Made by a program: the position numbers and the translations under genes
Notes under the pieces: model-generated
What the model was told of the DNA's origin: nothing
Seen by the model: only the letters and a program-made list of their open reading frames with translations
The model's database searches: none
Origin: an uncultured virus (IMG/VR IMGVR_UViG_3300034110_000988)
Lineage: Duplodnaviria; Heunggongvirae; Uroviricota; Caudoviricetes
Strand: one strand, 5' to 3'
Length of the DNA stretch: 64,000 nucleotides
Virus record (IMG/VR): IMGVR_UViG_3300034110_000988
In this document: positions 39,512-49,442 of the stretch, in pieces
How positions within the stretch are numbered: position 1 is the stretch's first letter
Layout: each line of letters begins with the position of its first letter

Positions 39512-39604
39512 ATGCAAAAAATTATCGCTCTGTTGGTAACCGCACTGGCTTGTTCGTCGTTCAATCCGCGTGCTATTGCAGAAGTGCAGGATCAATCTAA
39601 ATAA
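39512..39604 (+). CDS. 30-aa signal-peptide-like microprotein
   Basis: TGTTATAAT promoter, AGGAG RBS; MQKIIALLVTALACSSFNPRAIAEVQDQSK. Confidence 0.5.
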   Translation: MQKIIALLVTALACSSFNPRAIAEVQDQSK

Positions 39605-39624
39605 ACTATTATTCTTTCTGAGGT

Positions 39625-40299
39625 GTGCCTATGAACAATATTCAACCTTCAATGTTTCAACAATATCAGAAAAATAAAGATAATGTTATTGATTTTGTTC
39701 CATTCTTAGAACAGAAAAACCATGCTACAACTGTTATCAGAAATATTGCTCAGACCATCTTCGAACAATTTGGTTGTGGTTCTCTTTTTAATGATGACTG
39801 CATTAAAAATTTTGGTGTAATGTCTAATCCAGCAAATTTTAAAATTACACTGTCGAATTTTCAACCAACTAAATCTATTTTTGCTTTCCTATCCAGTATT
39901 CGTAGAGGCCATTTTTTAAGTGTTAGTAATGAATGCACCTTTTCTACTGATGGATTTGGTAGGTTATTTGATATTAAAGTTTCTTATAGTTTTGTGGAAC
40001 GTATTAATTCAGGATTCATTGGAAATAAGATTTTTATCTCTTTTGACAGTCACTTTGATATTAGTGAAATTCGTTATCAACGGATTAATGAACGTCGAGA
40101 ATTACTGGATTCGATTTCTAAAACAAAAGACATGCTGTGTTCTCTGGATCATGAAACACTATTCCTTGAATTGTTCATGAATGATAATAACCTTGACTTA
40201 AAAGAACTTTTTCCAGCATTCTTTGAATATGGCCCTCACGTTTTTAATACGGATGAGATTGAAGCTAATAGCACTCTGGCTAGGATGTTGTTGATTTAA
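39625..40299 (+). CDS. hypothetical protein, MxxI family
   Basis: Ends STLARMLLI. Confidence 0.75.
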   Translation: MPMNNIQPSMFQQYQKNKDNVIDFVPFLEQKNHATTVIRNIAQTIFEQFGCGSLFNDDCIKNFGVMSNPANFKITLSNFQPTKSIFAFLSSIRRGHFLSVSNECTFSTDGFGRLFDIKVSYSFVERINSGFIGNKIFISFDSHFDISEIRYQRINERRELLDSISKTKDMLCSLDHETLFLELFMNDNNLDLKELFPAFFEYGPHVFNTDEIEANSTLARMLLI

Positions 40300-40440
40300 T
40301 ACATTAGTTTTCTAGTCCCATAAACTGCATTTAATGCAGTTTTTTTTTATTTAAAATTAAGTTATGAAAAAAGTTTATTTTAATTGATTATTACAATATA
40401 AACTGTTACAATTTATGACGCCTATTTTTTGGAGAAAACT

Positions 40441-41658
40441 ATGAAATGGAAACTTCTATTATTGATACCTCTTTGTTTGACATTATTAAGTCCGCTTACT
40501 ACCATTGCAGGAGAATCAGCTTATCGTCTACCTATTAATAATTATCCATCAGATGTTAATAAAAATCCTATTACAAAACCTATTCCATCGAAGATAGATA
40601 AAGTTGGCAAAGGACTTGAACCAGCTAATGATGCGAGCAAATTTTCAAAAACTAAAAAAATTGTTAAAGTTGGTGCCGCTTTAAAAACTGCAAACCATAT
40701 CAGACGAAATAAATGGAAGTATGCGGCTGGTGCTGTTATCGTAGGTGCTACCGCAGCAAGCTATTATCGTAATGATATTGATCGAATTATTGACAGAGAA
40801 TTTTATTCGGATAAATGGAGATCTGAAAAGAAGAAAAAATTAGTTCCTATTCTACAAAAGAAAATCAACAATGCAAAACCTGAAAAGAAAGAAGCGGTTG
40901 TTGAAGCTATTCAAGAATCTTTGATTTATTACATGTCAAAATATAATGGTGAATCTGCTGGTAAACTTGCGACTTCAATTTTAGAATCACTTAACATTAT
41001 GAATAATCAGGTTATGATGCAAGCTTCTTTTGAGACTCAACAACGTAATGATGCAAGAGTTTTAATAAAGTTAAAAATTGATGAAGTTGACAAAACCAGA
41101 AAGAGAACAGATTGTCGAAAAGGTAGTTATGAACGAGAGTATATTACAACAAATAATTCTTTTGGAACTAATGGTCTTAAAAGCTTGTCTGAGTTTGATG
41201 TTGATCATTATGGAGTACAACAAAATATAAATAGAGCATATAATGAAGGAGTTCATGAGTACAATAAATATAAGAAACCACATGATTTGCCGCAAAAATT
41301 TTATGATTTTGAAAAAGATCATATACCATCAAAAAAAGCAGTTGCATTATATTTAGCAAAAAGAGATAATTTTGGCGTATTATATGGAAAACCAAAATCT
41401 GATTATATTATTAAGAATGCTATATCTGTTGTAATGAGAACATCAATTCACAAAAGAGGCCGAACTAATGGTAAAGATAATATTGATATTAGTAAAGAAG
41501 ATGCTAAAAATTTAAAACAAGCAATATTTGATGACTTCGAAGAATATTATTTATTAGCTTCAATAGATAATCAAAATGACTATTCTTATAAAACTAATTG
41601 GGTTAAAGCGTTGATTAAAACTTATATTGAAAATGAAAAAATGTGTTTGTTTCTTTAG
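40441..41658 (+). CDS. secreted polymorphic toxin-like protein with C-terminal HNH-like nuclease
   Basis: Signal peptide, internal hydrophobic helix, EKDHIPS..A...NA..V....H..GRT.G..N. Confidence 0.65.
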   Translation: MKWKLLLLIPLCLTLLSPLTTIAGESAYRLPINNYPSDVNKNPITKPIPSKIDKVGKGLEPANDASKFSKTKKIVKVGAALKTANHIRRNKWKYAAGAVIVGATAASYYRNDIDRIIDREFYSDKWRSEKKKKLVPILQKKINNAKPEKKEAVVEAIQESLIYYMSKYNGESAGKLATSILESLNIMNNQVMMQASFETQQRNDARVLIKLKIDEVDKTRKRTDCRKGSYEREYITTNNSFGTNGLKSLSEFDVDHYGVQQNINRAYNEGVHEYNKYKKPHDLPQKFYDFEKDHIPSKKAVALYLAKRDNFGVLYGKPKSDYIIKNAISVVMRTSIHKRGRTNGKDNIDISKEDAKNLKQAIFDDFEEYYLLASIDNQNDYSYKTNWVKALIKTYIENEKMCLFL

Positions 41659-41667
41659 GAGAAAACA

Positions 41668-42096
41668 ATGAATTTACAAATTTTTTATGATAAAAATTAT
41701 TACAATAAAATTAATGAACTACTTTTTATATACGAAACTAACCCTATTTTCCCATTTGAAGATTTAGGAATGGCTCCTGATAAAATTACTGGTGGTCGTT
41801 ATGATGCAACTAATGTTTATAATTTTTTAAAGACTGTCAAATTTATTTATTATCTTGATCAAAGATATGTAGGCTATGTAAAAATAGATGGTGTCGATTA
41901 TATTATTGATGTAGATTCAGAAATAAATATAACTATTCTTGGAGATAATGAATTTAATTGGGTAAAATGTTGTGTTTATGAAGATCAGGATTATGAAGAT
42001 TTTAAACAGTTTTGTTTTGAGCAGTATAAAACAACAGTATCAGAACCAGACTATGATAAATTTGCTGCAATTGAAAGGAATTTCTTAAATTTTTAG
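41668..42096 (+). CDS. putative cognate immunity protein
   Basis: Small acidic/aromatic ORF directly after the toxin, AGGAG RBS. Confidence 0.55.
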   Translation: MNLQIFYDKNYYNKINELLFIYETNPIFPFEDLGMAPDKITGGRYDATNVYNFLKTVKFIYYLDQRYVGYVKIDGVDYIIDVDSEINITILGDNEFNWVKCCVYEDQDYEDFKQFCFEQYKTTVSEPDYDKFAAIERNFLNF

Positions 42097-42220
42097 TTTT
42101 TTGTGAAAAAAACTTGTCATGGGTGCGAAATCTTGCTATAATCAATCCCGTAAACAAGGCAACACCCTAGGCTGAGGCGGTTGGATTCGAAAACTACTTA
42201 AATCATCTAGGAGAAATTCC

Positions 42221-42874
42221 ATGAAAAAAATTAAAACGTTGTTCGTGATTGACCGTAACACCGATATGGCTACCGATGTGCTGACTGCTGGTGCAGAGTG
42301 GGTTATTCGTGGCGAAGGTAAAGCAACCATCAAGTTTGACGGTTCTTCTGCCTACTTTGCTGAGGGTAAGTTGTTCAAACGCTTTGACCGTAAATTGAAG
42401 TCTAACTTCTCTAAGATGGCTCGTAGCATGGGCGACAAGTTTGTGCCAGAAGATCACATGTTTAACGAAGTTCCAGAAGGTGCTATTCCTTGCGAAGCGG
42501 CTCCTGCAGCTCACAGTCTTCACTTCCCACACTGGGTTCCAGTTGGTGACGGCCCAGAAGACAAGTTCCATCGTGAAGCTCTGGAAAATGCGGGTGATCT
42601 TAAAGATGGTGCAACTTATGAGTTGGTTGGCCCAAAAGTTAATGGTAATCCATACAAACTGGAACGCCATGAGTTGTGGGAACATGGAAGTGTTGATTTT
42701 GAAGTGACTGACTTTACCTTTGAAGGGCTTAAAAAACTCTTTGCTGAGAAGTTGGTTAATGAGGAAGGCTTGGTGTTCCATCACCCAGACGGACGCATGA
42801 TTAAACTCAGAAACAAAGACTTTTCGTTTGCAACTTTCGGTAAATTTGACGAACGTAGTAAAAAGAAAAAATGA
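42221..42874 (+). CDS. ATP-dependent RNA ligase-like protein (DUF5565 type)
   Basis: KFDG motif I, TYELVGPKVNGNP, EGLVFH, MIKLR. Confidence 0.85.
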   Translation: MKKIKTLFVIDRNTDMATDVLTAGAEWVIRGEGKATIKFDGSSAYFAEGKLFKRFDRKLKSNFSKMARSMGDKFVPEDHMFNEVPEGAIPCEAAPAAHSLHFPHWVPVGDGPEDKFHREALENAGDLKDGATYELVGPKVNGNPYKLERHELWEHGSVDFEVTDFTFEGLKKLFAEKLVNEEGLVFHHPDGRMIKLRNKDFSFATFGKFDERSKKKK

Positions 42875-42893
42875 TGTAATGGTGTCATAAAAT

Positions 42894-42917
42894 AAAAGAG
42901 GCTTCGGCCTCTTTTTT
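42894..42917 (+). terminator. intrinsic terminator, repeated GAGGCTTCGGCCTC family
   Basis: Same or near-identical hairpin at about 43604, 44901 (reverse), 51195, 53212 and 54931. Confidence 0.8.
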
Positions 42918-42975
42918 GTTGTCTTTGATTTTATAATTTGATATAATACAGCTACTTTTTATAGAGGATGTTTAA

Positions 42976-43602
42976 ATGAACCTTCCAGTTATGCTTATCA
43001 TGGTTGGCATTTTTCAAATTTTGAGTGTGTTTTGGGAACATAAACGGCCACGATCTGTTACAGAATTTAAGATTAGTTGGTCTATTATCACACAAATTTT
43101 CTTGTCAGTATTGGCTTTGTCAGAATACTTGACGTTTTGCACCTTCTATACAAGCTATTTGTTGGCTTTTGCTCTATTGATGGCAATGCTGAACTTCATA
43201 GGTCACTTTATAAAATATAGCTGTTTCCTTTGGAAGTCTAAATTTCATCCTCATTTCAATAAAAATCACGCAGATGTCATATTTTACCTTAATTTGAGAA
43301 TTAGACAATTATGTTCAGTTGATAAAATTTCTCAAACGTTCTTTTACAAAAACGATGGTTTAACCATTTTCTTTGGAGATCCAGATAAACACTTTTCGGT
43401 CCTGAGTGAAACCCTTTTACAATTATTCAAAAACAATTTGACTGCTTGTACAATGGCTAATATTGACTTTGGTAGTTTTGTGATCGTTAAAGACAAAGAA
43501 AACTATATTTCATTGTCATCTGATGAATTAAAGACCTTAGATATTCCTTTAACTGGCATTGATCGAAATTATTTGGCATTAATTGAAATGTCAAGAATAT
43601 AA
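42976..43602 (+). CDS. membrane protein, MxxI family
   Basis: 3 N-terminal TM segments; ends LALIEMSRI. Confidence 0.75.
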   Translation: MNLPVMLIMVGIFQILSVFWEHKRPRSVTEFKISWSIITQIFLSVLALSEYLTFCTFYTSYLLAFALLMAMLNFIGHFIKYSCFLWKSKFHPHFNKNHADVIFYLNLRIRQLCSVDKISQTFFYKNDGLTIFFGDPDKHFSVLSETLLQLFKNNLTACTMANIDFGSFVIVKDKENYISLSSDELKTLDIPLTGIDRNYLALIEMSRI

Positions 43603-43629
43603 AAAAGAGGCTTCGGCCTCTTATATTAT

Positions 43630-44031
43630 TTATCTTTCTGGATATCTTTCTTCAAATAGATTTTTTGAAATATGTTTTCTGTTCACTTTTCCTTTGTAAA
43701 TATATTCTTTGATGGCATAACCTAACAATAACCATCCATTTTTTGTATCCAATTCGGGAACGTCTTGTTGGGATTCTATAAATTTTAAAAACTCTTCTTT
43801 TGTATAACTCTTTGTTTTATTCTTAATTTTGTTTAGAACATAAAAGCTTCTAGAAAGTGCTACGATTATATGTAACAGAATAAGAAGTGAGAGACTTCCA
43901 GATGTTATTAACAGCACTTCTGGTAGATTTGGAAATATCAAGTTAATATTATTTCTTGTTTCATATACTAAACCACTAGTCATAAACAACATTAAACTCA
44001 GTAAAAAGGCGATAAATAAAAATCCAAACAT
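43630..44031 (-). CDS. 2-TM membrane protein
   Basis: AGGAG RBS on minus strand. Confidence 0.7.
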   Translation of the reverse strand: MFGFLFIAFLLSLMLFMTSGLVYETRNNINLIFPNLPEVLLITSGSLSLLILLHIIVALSRSFYVLNKIKNKTKSYTKEEFLKFIESQQDVPELDTKNGWLLLGYAIKEYIYKGKVNRKHISKNLFEERYPER

Positions 44032-44182
44032 AATAAAAGCTCCTATTATTTTCAAATAATATACGTTAAAATGAATCAAAGTCAATTTTGCTTTTTTCGT
44101 AATATTATAACAAAAATAAAAGATTGTCTTTTCATGATAATTTTAGTATAATACATCAAATTATTTGAGGATGGTCATAACT

Positions 44183-44881
44183 ATGCGTAGCCTTCAAGAA
44201 CGTGCGATGTTGCTGTTGGAAACCATTGTTGGTAAAGAAGAACTCGCTACCATGCTGCTCAATGAAGATGGAGCCATTCTCCAAGGTGGTTTGTATACCA
44301 AACCCAGCCTTTATGCTGATATGCAAAAGTGCATTCACTTTGGTTTTACAGACAACTCGTTGATTCATCGTAATCGTCCATCGTCCGTCATGCCAGTTTT
44401 AAATACGTTCCAAACACCTTTCGCAACGATTGAAAATGATGAAAGTAAACACCTTCGCGTTTACATTGACTGGAAAACCAGAGGCCATGATAAACACAAT
44501 TGGTACGAAGACCATAATGCTATTGTAGACACTAACAATGCTATTTTGATGGCTGTCTCTAAAATGTTTGAAGAAGATTCAGTCTTTGAATTGAAATATG
44601 ATTTTGAAGAAATCGGTGGAGTCGCCACTCGTTACTACAAATTTGGTTTTCGTTTGCGGGGTGGTCGAGTGAAATATCAATTCATTTCTGCCAATACTAC
44701 TCTTGCCGACGACCCTTACTTTTGGCAAAGTTTGGCTGACTTCATTGGCTCTCGTTATACTGTTTATGTGCCTGCTGAATTACTTAAAACGGACTATGCC
44801 AACATCATTGAAGGCTTGCCAGAACAAATTGCTTGGGATGAATTTGAAGCCCGTTATGCTGACAAGCAATATGGCAAATAA
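44183..44881 (+). CDS. hypothetical protein
   Basis: ORF with promoter and terminator. Confidence 0.7.
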   Translation: MRSLQERAMLLLETIVGKEELATMLLNEDGAILQGGLYTKPSLYADMQKCIHFGFTDNSLIHRNRPSSVMPVLNTFQTPFATIENDESKHLRVYIDWKTRGHDKHNWYEDHNAIVDTNNAILMAVSKMFEEDSVFELKYDFEEIGGVATRYYKFGFRLRGGRVKYQFISANTTLADDPYFWQSLADFIGSRYTVYVPAELLKTDYANIIEGLPEQIAWDEFEARYADKQYGK

Positions 44882-44920
44882 AATCTAAAACAGGATAAAA
44901 AAAGAGGCCGAAGCCTCTTT

Positions 44921-46243
44921 TTATTTATTTTTTTTCCACCCAAAAAATTTTTTTAAGTTTTCTCCTAAATTATTTTCTTGTTTGTTGGTTTGCACCACTG
45001 GTGTTGGTTTATGGTTTTCTTCTAGTTCTTTTTCTTTTTTATTGAGACTATCTAAGATCATAATATTTAAATTATCAACGTCTATAAAACCTCCATTTTT
45101 ATTTTTTGTTATATTAATGAGTGTTCTTAAATAATTTTTTAATTCAAGTCCTATTTTTTTTCTTTCGTCCTTAAAATCAACAACACTCATATTTAATGAC
45201 TTTTTGTCAATTATATGTTTTATTACAGCATCCGCAAATTTAGTCATATCTAAATCTTGATTATGATCAAATATATTTTCTCCAGTGAATTCAACATTTT
45301 TTATAACTTCATCACAACATTCTCTTACTGTTGGAAATCCATCAATTATTTCAGGAGACTCTATATCAAAATTTTTTCTGTAAAATACATAGATATCAGA
45401 TAGTCCATGTTCATTATATATAGAACTATTTTCTAATATATAATATCCAATATATTCCCCTATTGTTTTTCTTGTACTTTTATTGTAAGTTGGTTCTGTT
45501 TGTGTTATTGATTGTGTTATTGATTGTTCTGTTTCTTGTTCGGTTGCTTGTTCTTCTAGTTTTCGTTCTGCTGCTTTCTGTTTTTCTGCGTTCTTTTCTA
45601 TGATTTCTTGTTGTGTTTTAGTGTAAGCAGTTTTTTCATACTTTAATGGTGTTTTATTGATTTTATTATATGCTACTACAAGATATTCGATCTTTTTTTC
45701 TCTTTCTGTTAATGTTTTATCGGTATAATTCATTTTTGTATCATAAGCAATTTCTTTTCTGTCACTAAAATTCGTTTTTATTTTATTATTATTATCAAAA
45801 TGAGTTATCATATTAAAGAAATGCTCCTGCATTTTTTCTTTTAATGGCCCAGTTTGGTAGGTATATTCTTTTATAAATTCCATAGTTGCTGTTATACTAG
45901 ATAACGCTTGATAATTCTTTTGTTTCTCTGTATACTTAGGGTTTATATTATCACTTGATCCAAATTTATTTATTTTAGTAGTATCCAATAAACCTTTAAG
46001 TTCTTGCCATGCCAAGCTTCTAATTTTAAATAGTTCAGTAGAATCTTTATTTTCTATATTGTTTGTAAGTCTTTCGATTTCATCTTTTATGGATTGTTCT
46101 GTATTATAGGGGACGTATCTAAAAACAGCTAATGCTATATATACAGCGTATTGTGGTTCATTTCTAGAAGTGGTTCCATTATTCTGATTTGTTTTGCTGT
46201 TTGGGTTAGCATCATCTCGCAGCGAATTGTAACTATATGTCAT
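44921..46243 (-). CDS. hypothetical protein, basic C-terminus
   Basis: 440-aa ORF, GGAG RBS. Confidence 0.75.
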   Translation of the reverse strand: MTYSYNSLRDDANPNSKTNQNNGTTSRNEPQYAVYIALAVFRYVPYNTEQSIKDEIERLTNNIENKDSTELFKIRSLAWQELKGLLDTTKINKFGSSDNINPKYTEKQKNYQALSSITATMEFIKEYTYQTGPLKEKMQEHFFNMITHFDNNNKIKTNFSDRKEIAYDTKMNYTDKTLTEREKKIEYLVVAYNKINKTPLKYEKTAYTKTQQEIIEKNAEKQKAAERKLEEQATEQETEQSITQSITQTEPTYNKSTRKTIGEYIGYYILENSSIYNEHGLSDIYVFYRKNFDIESPEIIDGFPTVRECCDEVIKNVEFTGENIFDHNQDLDMTKFADAVIKHIIDKKSLNMSVVDFKDERKKIGLELKNYLRTLINITKNKNGGFIDVDNLNIMILDSLNKKEKELEENHKPTPVVQTNKQENNLGENLKKFFGWKKNK

Positions 46244-46446
46244 TAATCAACTCCATTTTAATTTATTATATAAACATTTTTTTAAATATTCTCATCTAAA
46301 TAATGTATATTTTTTTTATATGCTGTCAAACTGATCCATATTTTTATACTGTATACAATGCTATATAAAAGATTCAATACTATTCTATGCTCCTTGAATT
46401 TATCATTTATTTGTGATATAATCATCTCTAATTCAGGAGACTTGAA

Positions 46447-47148
46447 ATGACCGAATTTAAGCAATTTGACACTCACAAAGCAAAACTTTCAGAGATTGCC
46501 GCTGGTTCTTTCAGGGTTCCTGTTGAACACCAGCCTGCCGTAAACAACTTTGTGCAGACTTTGCTGGCTGACATTCTGATTATGCGTAAGGACATCGAAG
46601 TAGAATTCGATTTCAACTTGAACATGGGCCAGCTTTATTTTGGTCTGAGCAAGTCCTTTCCTTTTATCCCTAATGACCGTCACGAATTTCTTTATCCACT
46701 CGATGGTAGCAAACCTCTCGCAGAAGTCATTGATGAAGCAGTAGAAGAAGCGGCTTATCATAAAAGTTCACTTCCTATCGAAGAATTTCAAAATATGTTT
46801 GCCAACATCAAGCTTTTTGATGAATTGTTTGACTTCAAAGGTGAATTTTACGCTCACATGAAAAAGTCATCGTTTTCGTATACCAATATGGGGCATAAAG
46901 ACGTTTTTAATGGCATCAACCTTGTTCGTGTCTTTGGTCACAGTCCCGGCGTGTCAATTAAAATGAATGGCCTCAGTGTGAATGTCAACAATAGCTGCTG
47001 GATCTTTGATATTGATGGTGTGAAACTCGACATTAAGAAAGAACATTTTGAGAAGGCTAATGCGAATGAGTGCATTAAGAACGCTTTGTTGGGGTTCTAC
47101 AACCTTTCAAAAGGCACTAACCACACTACGCTTGATTTTTTTAAGTAA
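46447..47148 (+). CDS. hypothetical protein
   Basis: AGGAG RBS. Confidence 0.75.
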   Translation: MTEFKQFDTHKAKLSEIAAGSFRVPVEHQPAVNNFVQTLLADILIMRKDIEVEFDFNLNMGQLYFGLSKSFPFIPNDRHEFLYPLDGSKPLAEVIDEAVEEAAYHKSSLPIEEFQNMFANIKLFDELFDFKGEFYAHMKKSSFSYTNMGHKDVFNGINLVRVFGHSPGVSIKMNGLSVNVNNSCWIFDIDGVKLDIKKEHFEKANANECIKNALLGFYNLSKGTNHTTLDFFK

Positions 47149-47157
47149 GGATAACTC

Positions 47158-47394
47158 ATGTTTACTTTATTTGATCAACCTTTTAAAATCAATAAGGACT
47201 TTGAGAGCAAAACTGATTTTGAAACCTTACTCTTGTCAGAATTTAATATTGATCAGAAACAATCGTCTATGTTGTATAATGGATTTTTTGAATATAATAA
47301 AGTTTTCACTTATTACGATATTGATGCTTACTTTAACTCTACTTCTGAATACCATTTGTTTTTAGCAAACGGTTTGATTATTGAGACTGCTTAA
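47158..47394 (+). CDS. hypothetical protein
   Basis: AGGA RBS. Confidence 0.6.
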   Translation: MFTLFDQPFKINKDFESKTDFETLLLSEFNIDQKQSSMLYNGFFEYNKVFTYYDIDAYFNSTSEYHLFLANGLIIETA

Positions 47395-47412
47395 CAATAT
47401 AAATTTATCTAT

Positions 47413-47820
47413 ATGGAGTTTACTATGACTCAACTTAATCGCAAAGACTTTTTCAGGCTCGATTATACCGATGGTAAAAGCTATCTTGGTTTCGTTCGCA
47501 GTGGTCTGGATCTGGTAACGCTTGTTTTGCTTGATCCCGAAACCAACTCATTGAAAACTGTCACAGGTATTTCAGCGAATGGCAACAACGTCACCAAGCT
47601 ACCGAAGCCAGATATGCCAGCTATCCTTAAAAAAGCCTATGACGAATGTTTTGTCACTATCAAGAAAGGTGCCACAGTGACCTTTAACTTCAATGGCGAA
47701 GATTATACTGGTGTGGTCATTAAAGGTGGGGCTAATCCCAAGGTAGAGGTAACTATCGACAACAAACTATGTCATACTACTGGCCCAGCAGTCCTGTTCA
47801 AAGTTGTTGAAGAATCTTAA
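47413..47820 (+). CDS. hypothetical protein
   Basis: ORF, GGAG RBS. Confidence 0.7.
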   Translation: MEFTMTQLNRKDFFRLDYTDGKSYLGFVRSGLDLVTLVLLDPETNSLKTVTGISANGNNVTKLPKPDMPAILKKAYDECFVTIKKGATVTFNFNGEDYTGVVIKGGANPKVEVTIDNKLCHTTGPAVLFKVVEES

Positions 47821-47887
47821 AAAGCTGTTTTTCTACCATTTCCCTTGAATGTGTGGTATAATCCGTCCATACATTTAAAGGGCGACG

Positions 47888-48670
47888 ATGATGACCGACA
47901 ATCAAAACACGATGGTGATGTTGACCGAAAAGTTCTTGGCTGAACATTTCCCTAATGACCCACATGATATTCGTCCAGTTGGACCTGAGTTTGCTGTTGA
48001 TGTGGGCGTCGAAGGCAATCTTAAATTGTCTTTTCGTATTGTAGGTCATAGTGTCTACAATGTCGTTATTCATCAGGATCATTTTGATACCATCCTGCCT
48101 CTGTTTGGTGTGAATGATTACAAACCAGAATCAAGCAACATCATCAATCAGTTTTTTGAAAGCATCAACAATAATGAATCCTTTCAGCAGGTGTTCAATC
48201 CTATTCCGATGGTTGATTTCAGTAAACACCTGACAGTTGACTCTAAGTTTGACGATGTATACAAAGACATTTATGACGCTGATAAAAAGATTTCACTGAC
48301 CACTCAGACAGGTGTCATTAAACGCCAAGGGTATGCACAGTTCTCGTTCCGATTTACCAAAGACAATCGTATGAAATGTTTGTCTACCGTTGGTTTTTTC
48401 TATGGGGAACTTGATAATTATCTGTTCGGGGTTGGTTTTGACCTCGATAATCAAAAAGTTCACAACATCAACAATCAAGTGACTATCTATGAGGACTTTT
48501 TCCTTGATAACAAAGAATTCAATTTTGAAACTGACATAGATGCGTTTGTTGTCAACTTTTTGAATGATTGGATTATTCACTTTCACAAAGATCGTCCAGA
48601 TGTTTCATTCATTCCTGATGAAGTCTCGTTTAAAGATAAAGTGGAACTGTTTAAAATGATTGCGATTTAA
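47888..48670 (+). CDS. hypothetical protein, MxxI family
   Basis: Ends VELFKMIAI. Confidence 0.75.
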   Translation: MMTDNQNTMVMLTEKFLAEHFPNDPHDIRPVGPEFAVDVGVEGNLKLSFRIVGHSVYNVVIHQDHFDTILPLFGVNDYKPESSNIINQFFESINNNESFQQVFNPIPMVDFSKHLTVDSKFDDVYKDIYDADKKISLTTQTGVIKRQGYAQFSFRFTKDNRMKCLSTVGFFYGELDNYLFGVGFDLDNQKVHNINNQVTIYEDFFLDNKEFNFETDIDAFVVNFLNDWIIHFHKDRPDVSFIPDEVSFKDKVELFKMIAI

Positions 48671-48759
48671 GCTGACTAATACTTTATCATTAATACAAAC
48701 TTGTTGTTGCTTAAACATGTTAATATGTTAATATAACAGGCTCTTCTCAGGAGCTTATT

Positions 48760-49050
48760 ATGTCTAACTATTTTGTAGAGCTTTTTAAGTATCATTCAAA
48801 ACTCATCAATAAAAAAGTGGTTGTTGTGTCAGATAAGCATGTTGTTTTCGGAAAGCTCAAAAGCTTTAAACAAGTCATCCACGGTGCAAAGCCAACATTT
48901 ACGATTAAATTTGAAAACAAAGATTGTGCCCTCTTTACCACTTCTGGTGTCATCATCCCTTGCTATGATGGTGTAGAACACGATTTAAAACATGATTTGA
49001 AATCAGTGTGTGATCGATACCGTCTTGGGCCATACTCGTTTACTCCTTAA
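48760..49050 (+). CDS. hypothetical protein
   Basis: AGGAG RBS. Confidence 0.7.
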   Translation: MSNYFVELFKYHSKLINKKVVVVSDKHVVFGKLKSFKQVIHGAKPTFTIKFENKDCALFTTSGVIIPCYDGVEHDLKHDLKSVCDRYRLGPYSFTP

Positions 49051-49113
49051 TTCATTGAACTCTCAGGCCGCTTCTGTTATACTACGGATCTATATTTATG
49101 GGGAGCTATAATA

Positions 49114-49299
49114 ATGGTTAAAGTTTTTGAATTTGAAGGCGGTTGGGATGTACCAGAAGAACGATCCAACAAAGATTTTAAAGGTTTCGATGATCGGGAT
49201 GTTTTTGGTGATGATCGCCCAAGTCAAAACATCAGTGGACCTACTTCTGATGGCTATATGGAATTTGGTGGTAAGGTCTATGAAATCAATCGAAACTAA
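49114..49299 (+). CDS. small acidic protein
   Basis: GGAG upstream, promoter. Confidence 0.55.
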   Translation: MVKVFEFEGGWDVPEERSNKDFKGFDDRDVFGDDRPSQNISGPTSDGYMEFGGKVYEINRN

Positions 49300-49442
49300 C
49301 ACCAGATCAAGAAAGATCTTTGGAAAAAAAATGTAAACGAAACTATTGAACGATGCCGTAGTTTTGTTATTAATAATCGAACTTACTATTGCAGTAAATA
49401 ATAAAATTTTCTGTTCAATAAACTACTGTGTCATCCAGTGGT

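Noticed and set aside
45490..45560. Short tandem repeats
   Set aside because: Low-complexity coding linker (EQETEQSITQSITQTE) within 44921..46243
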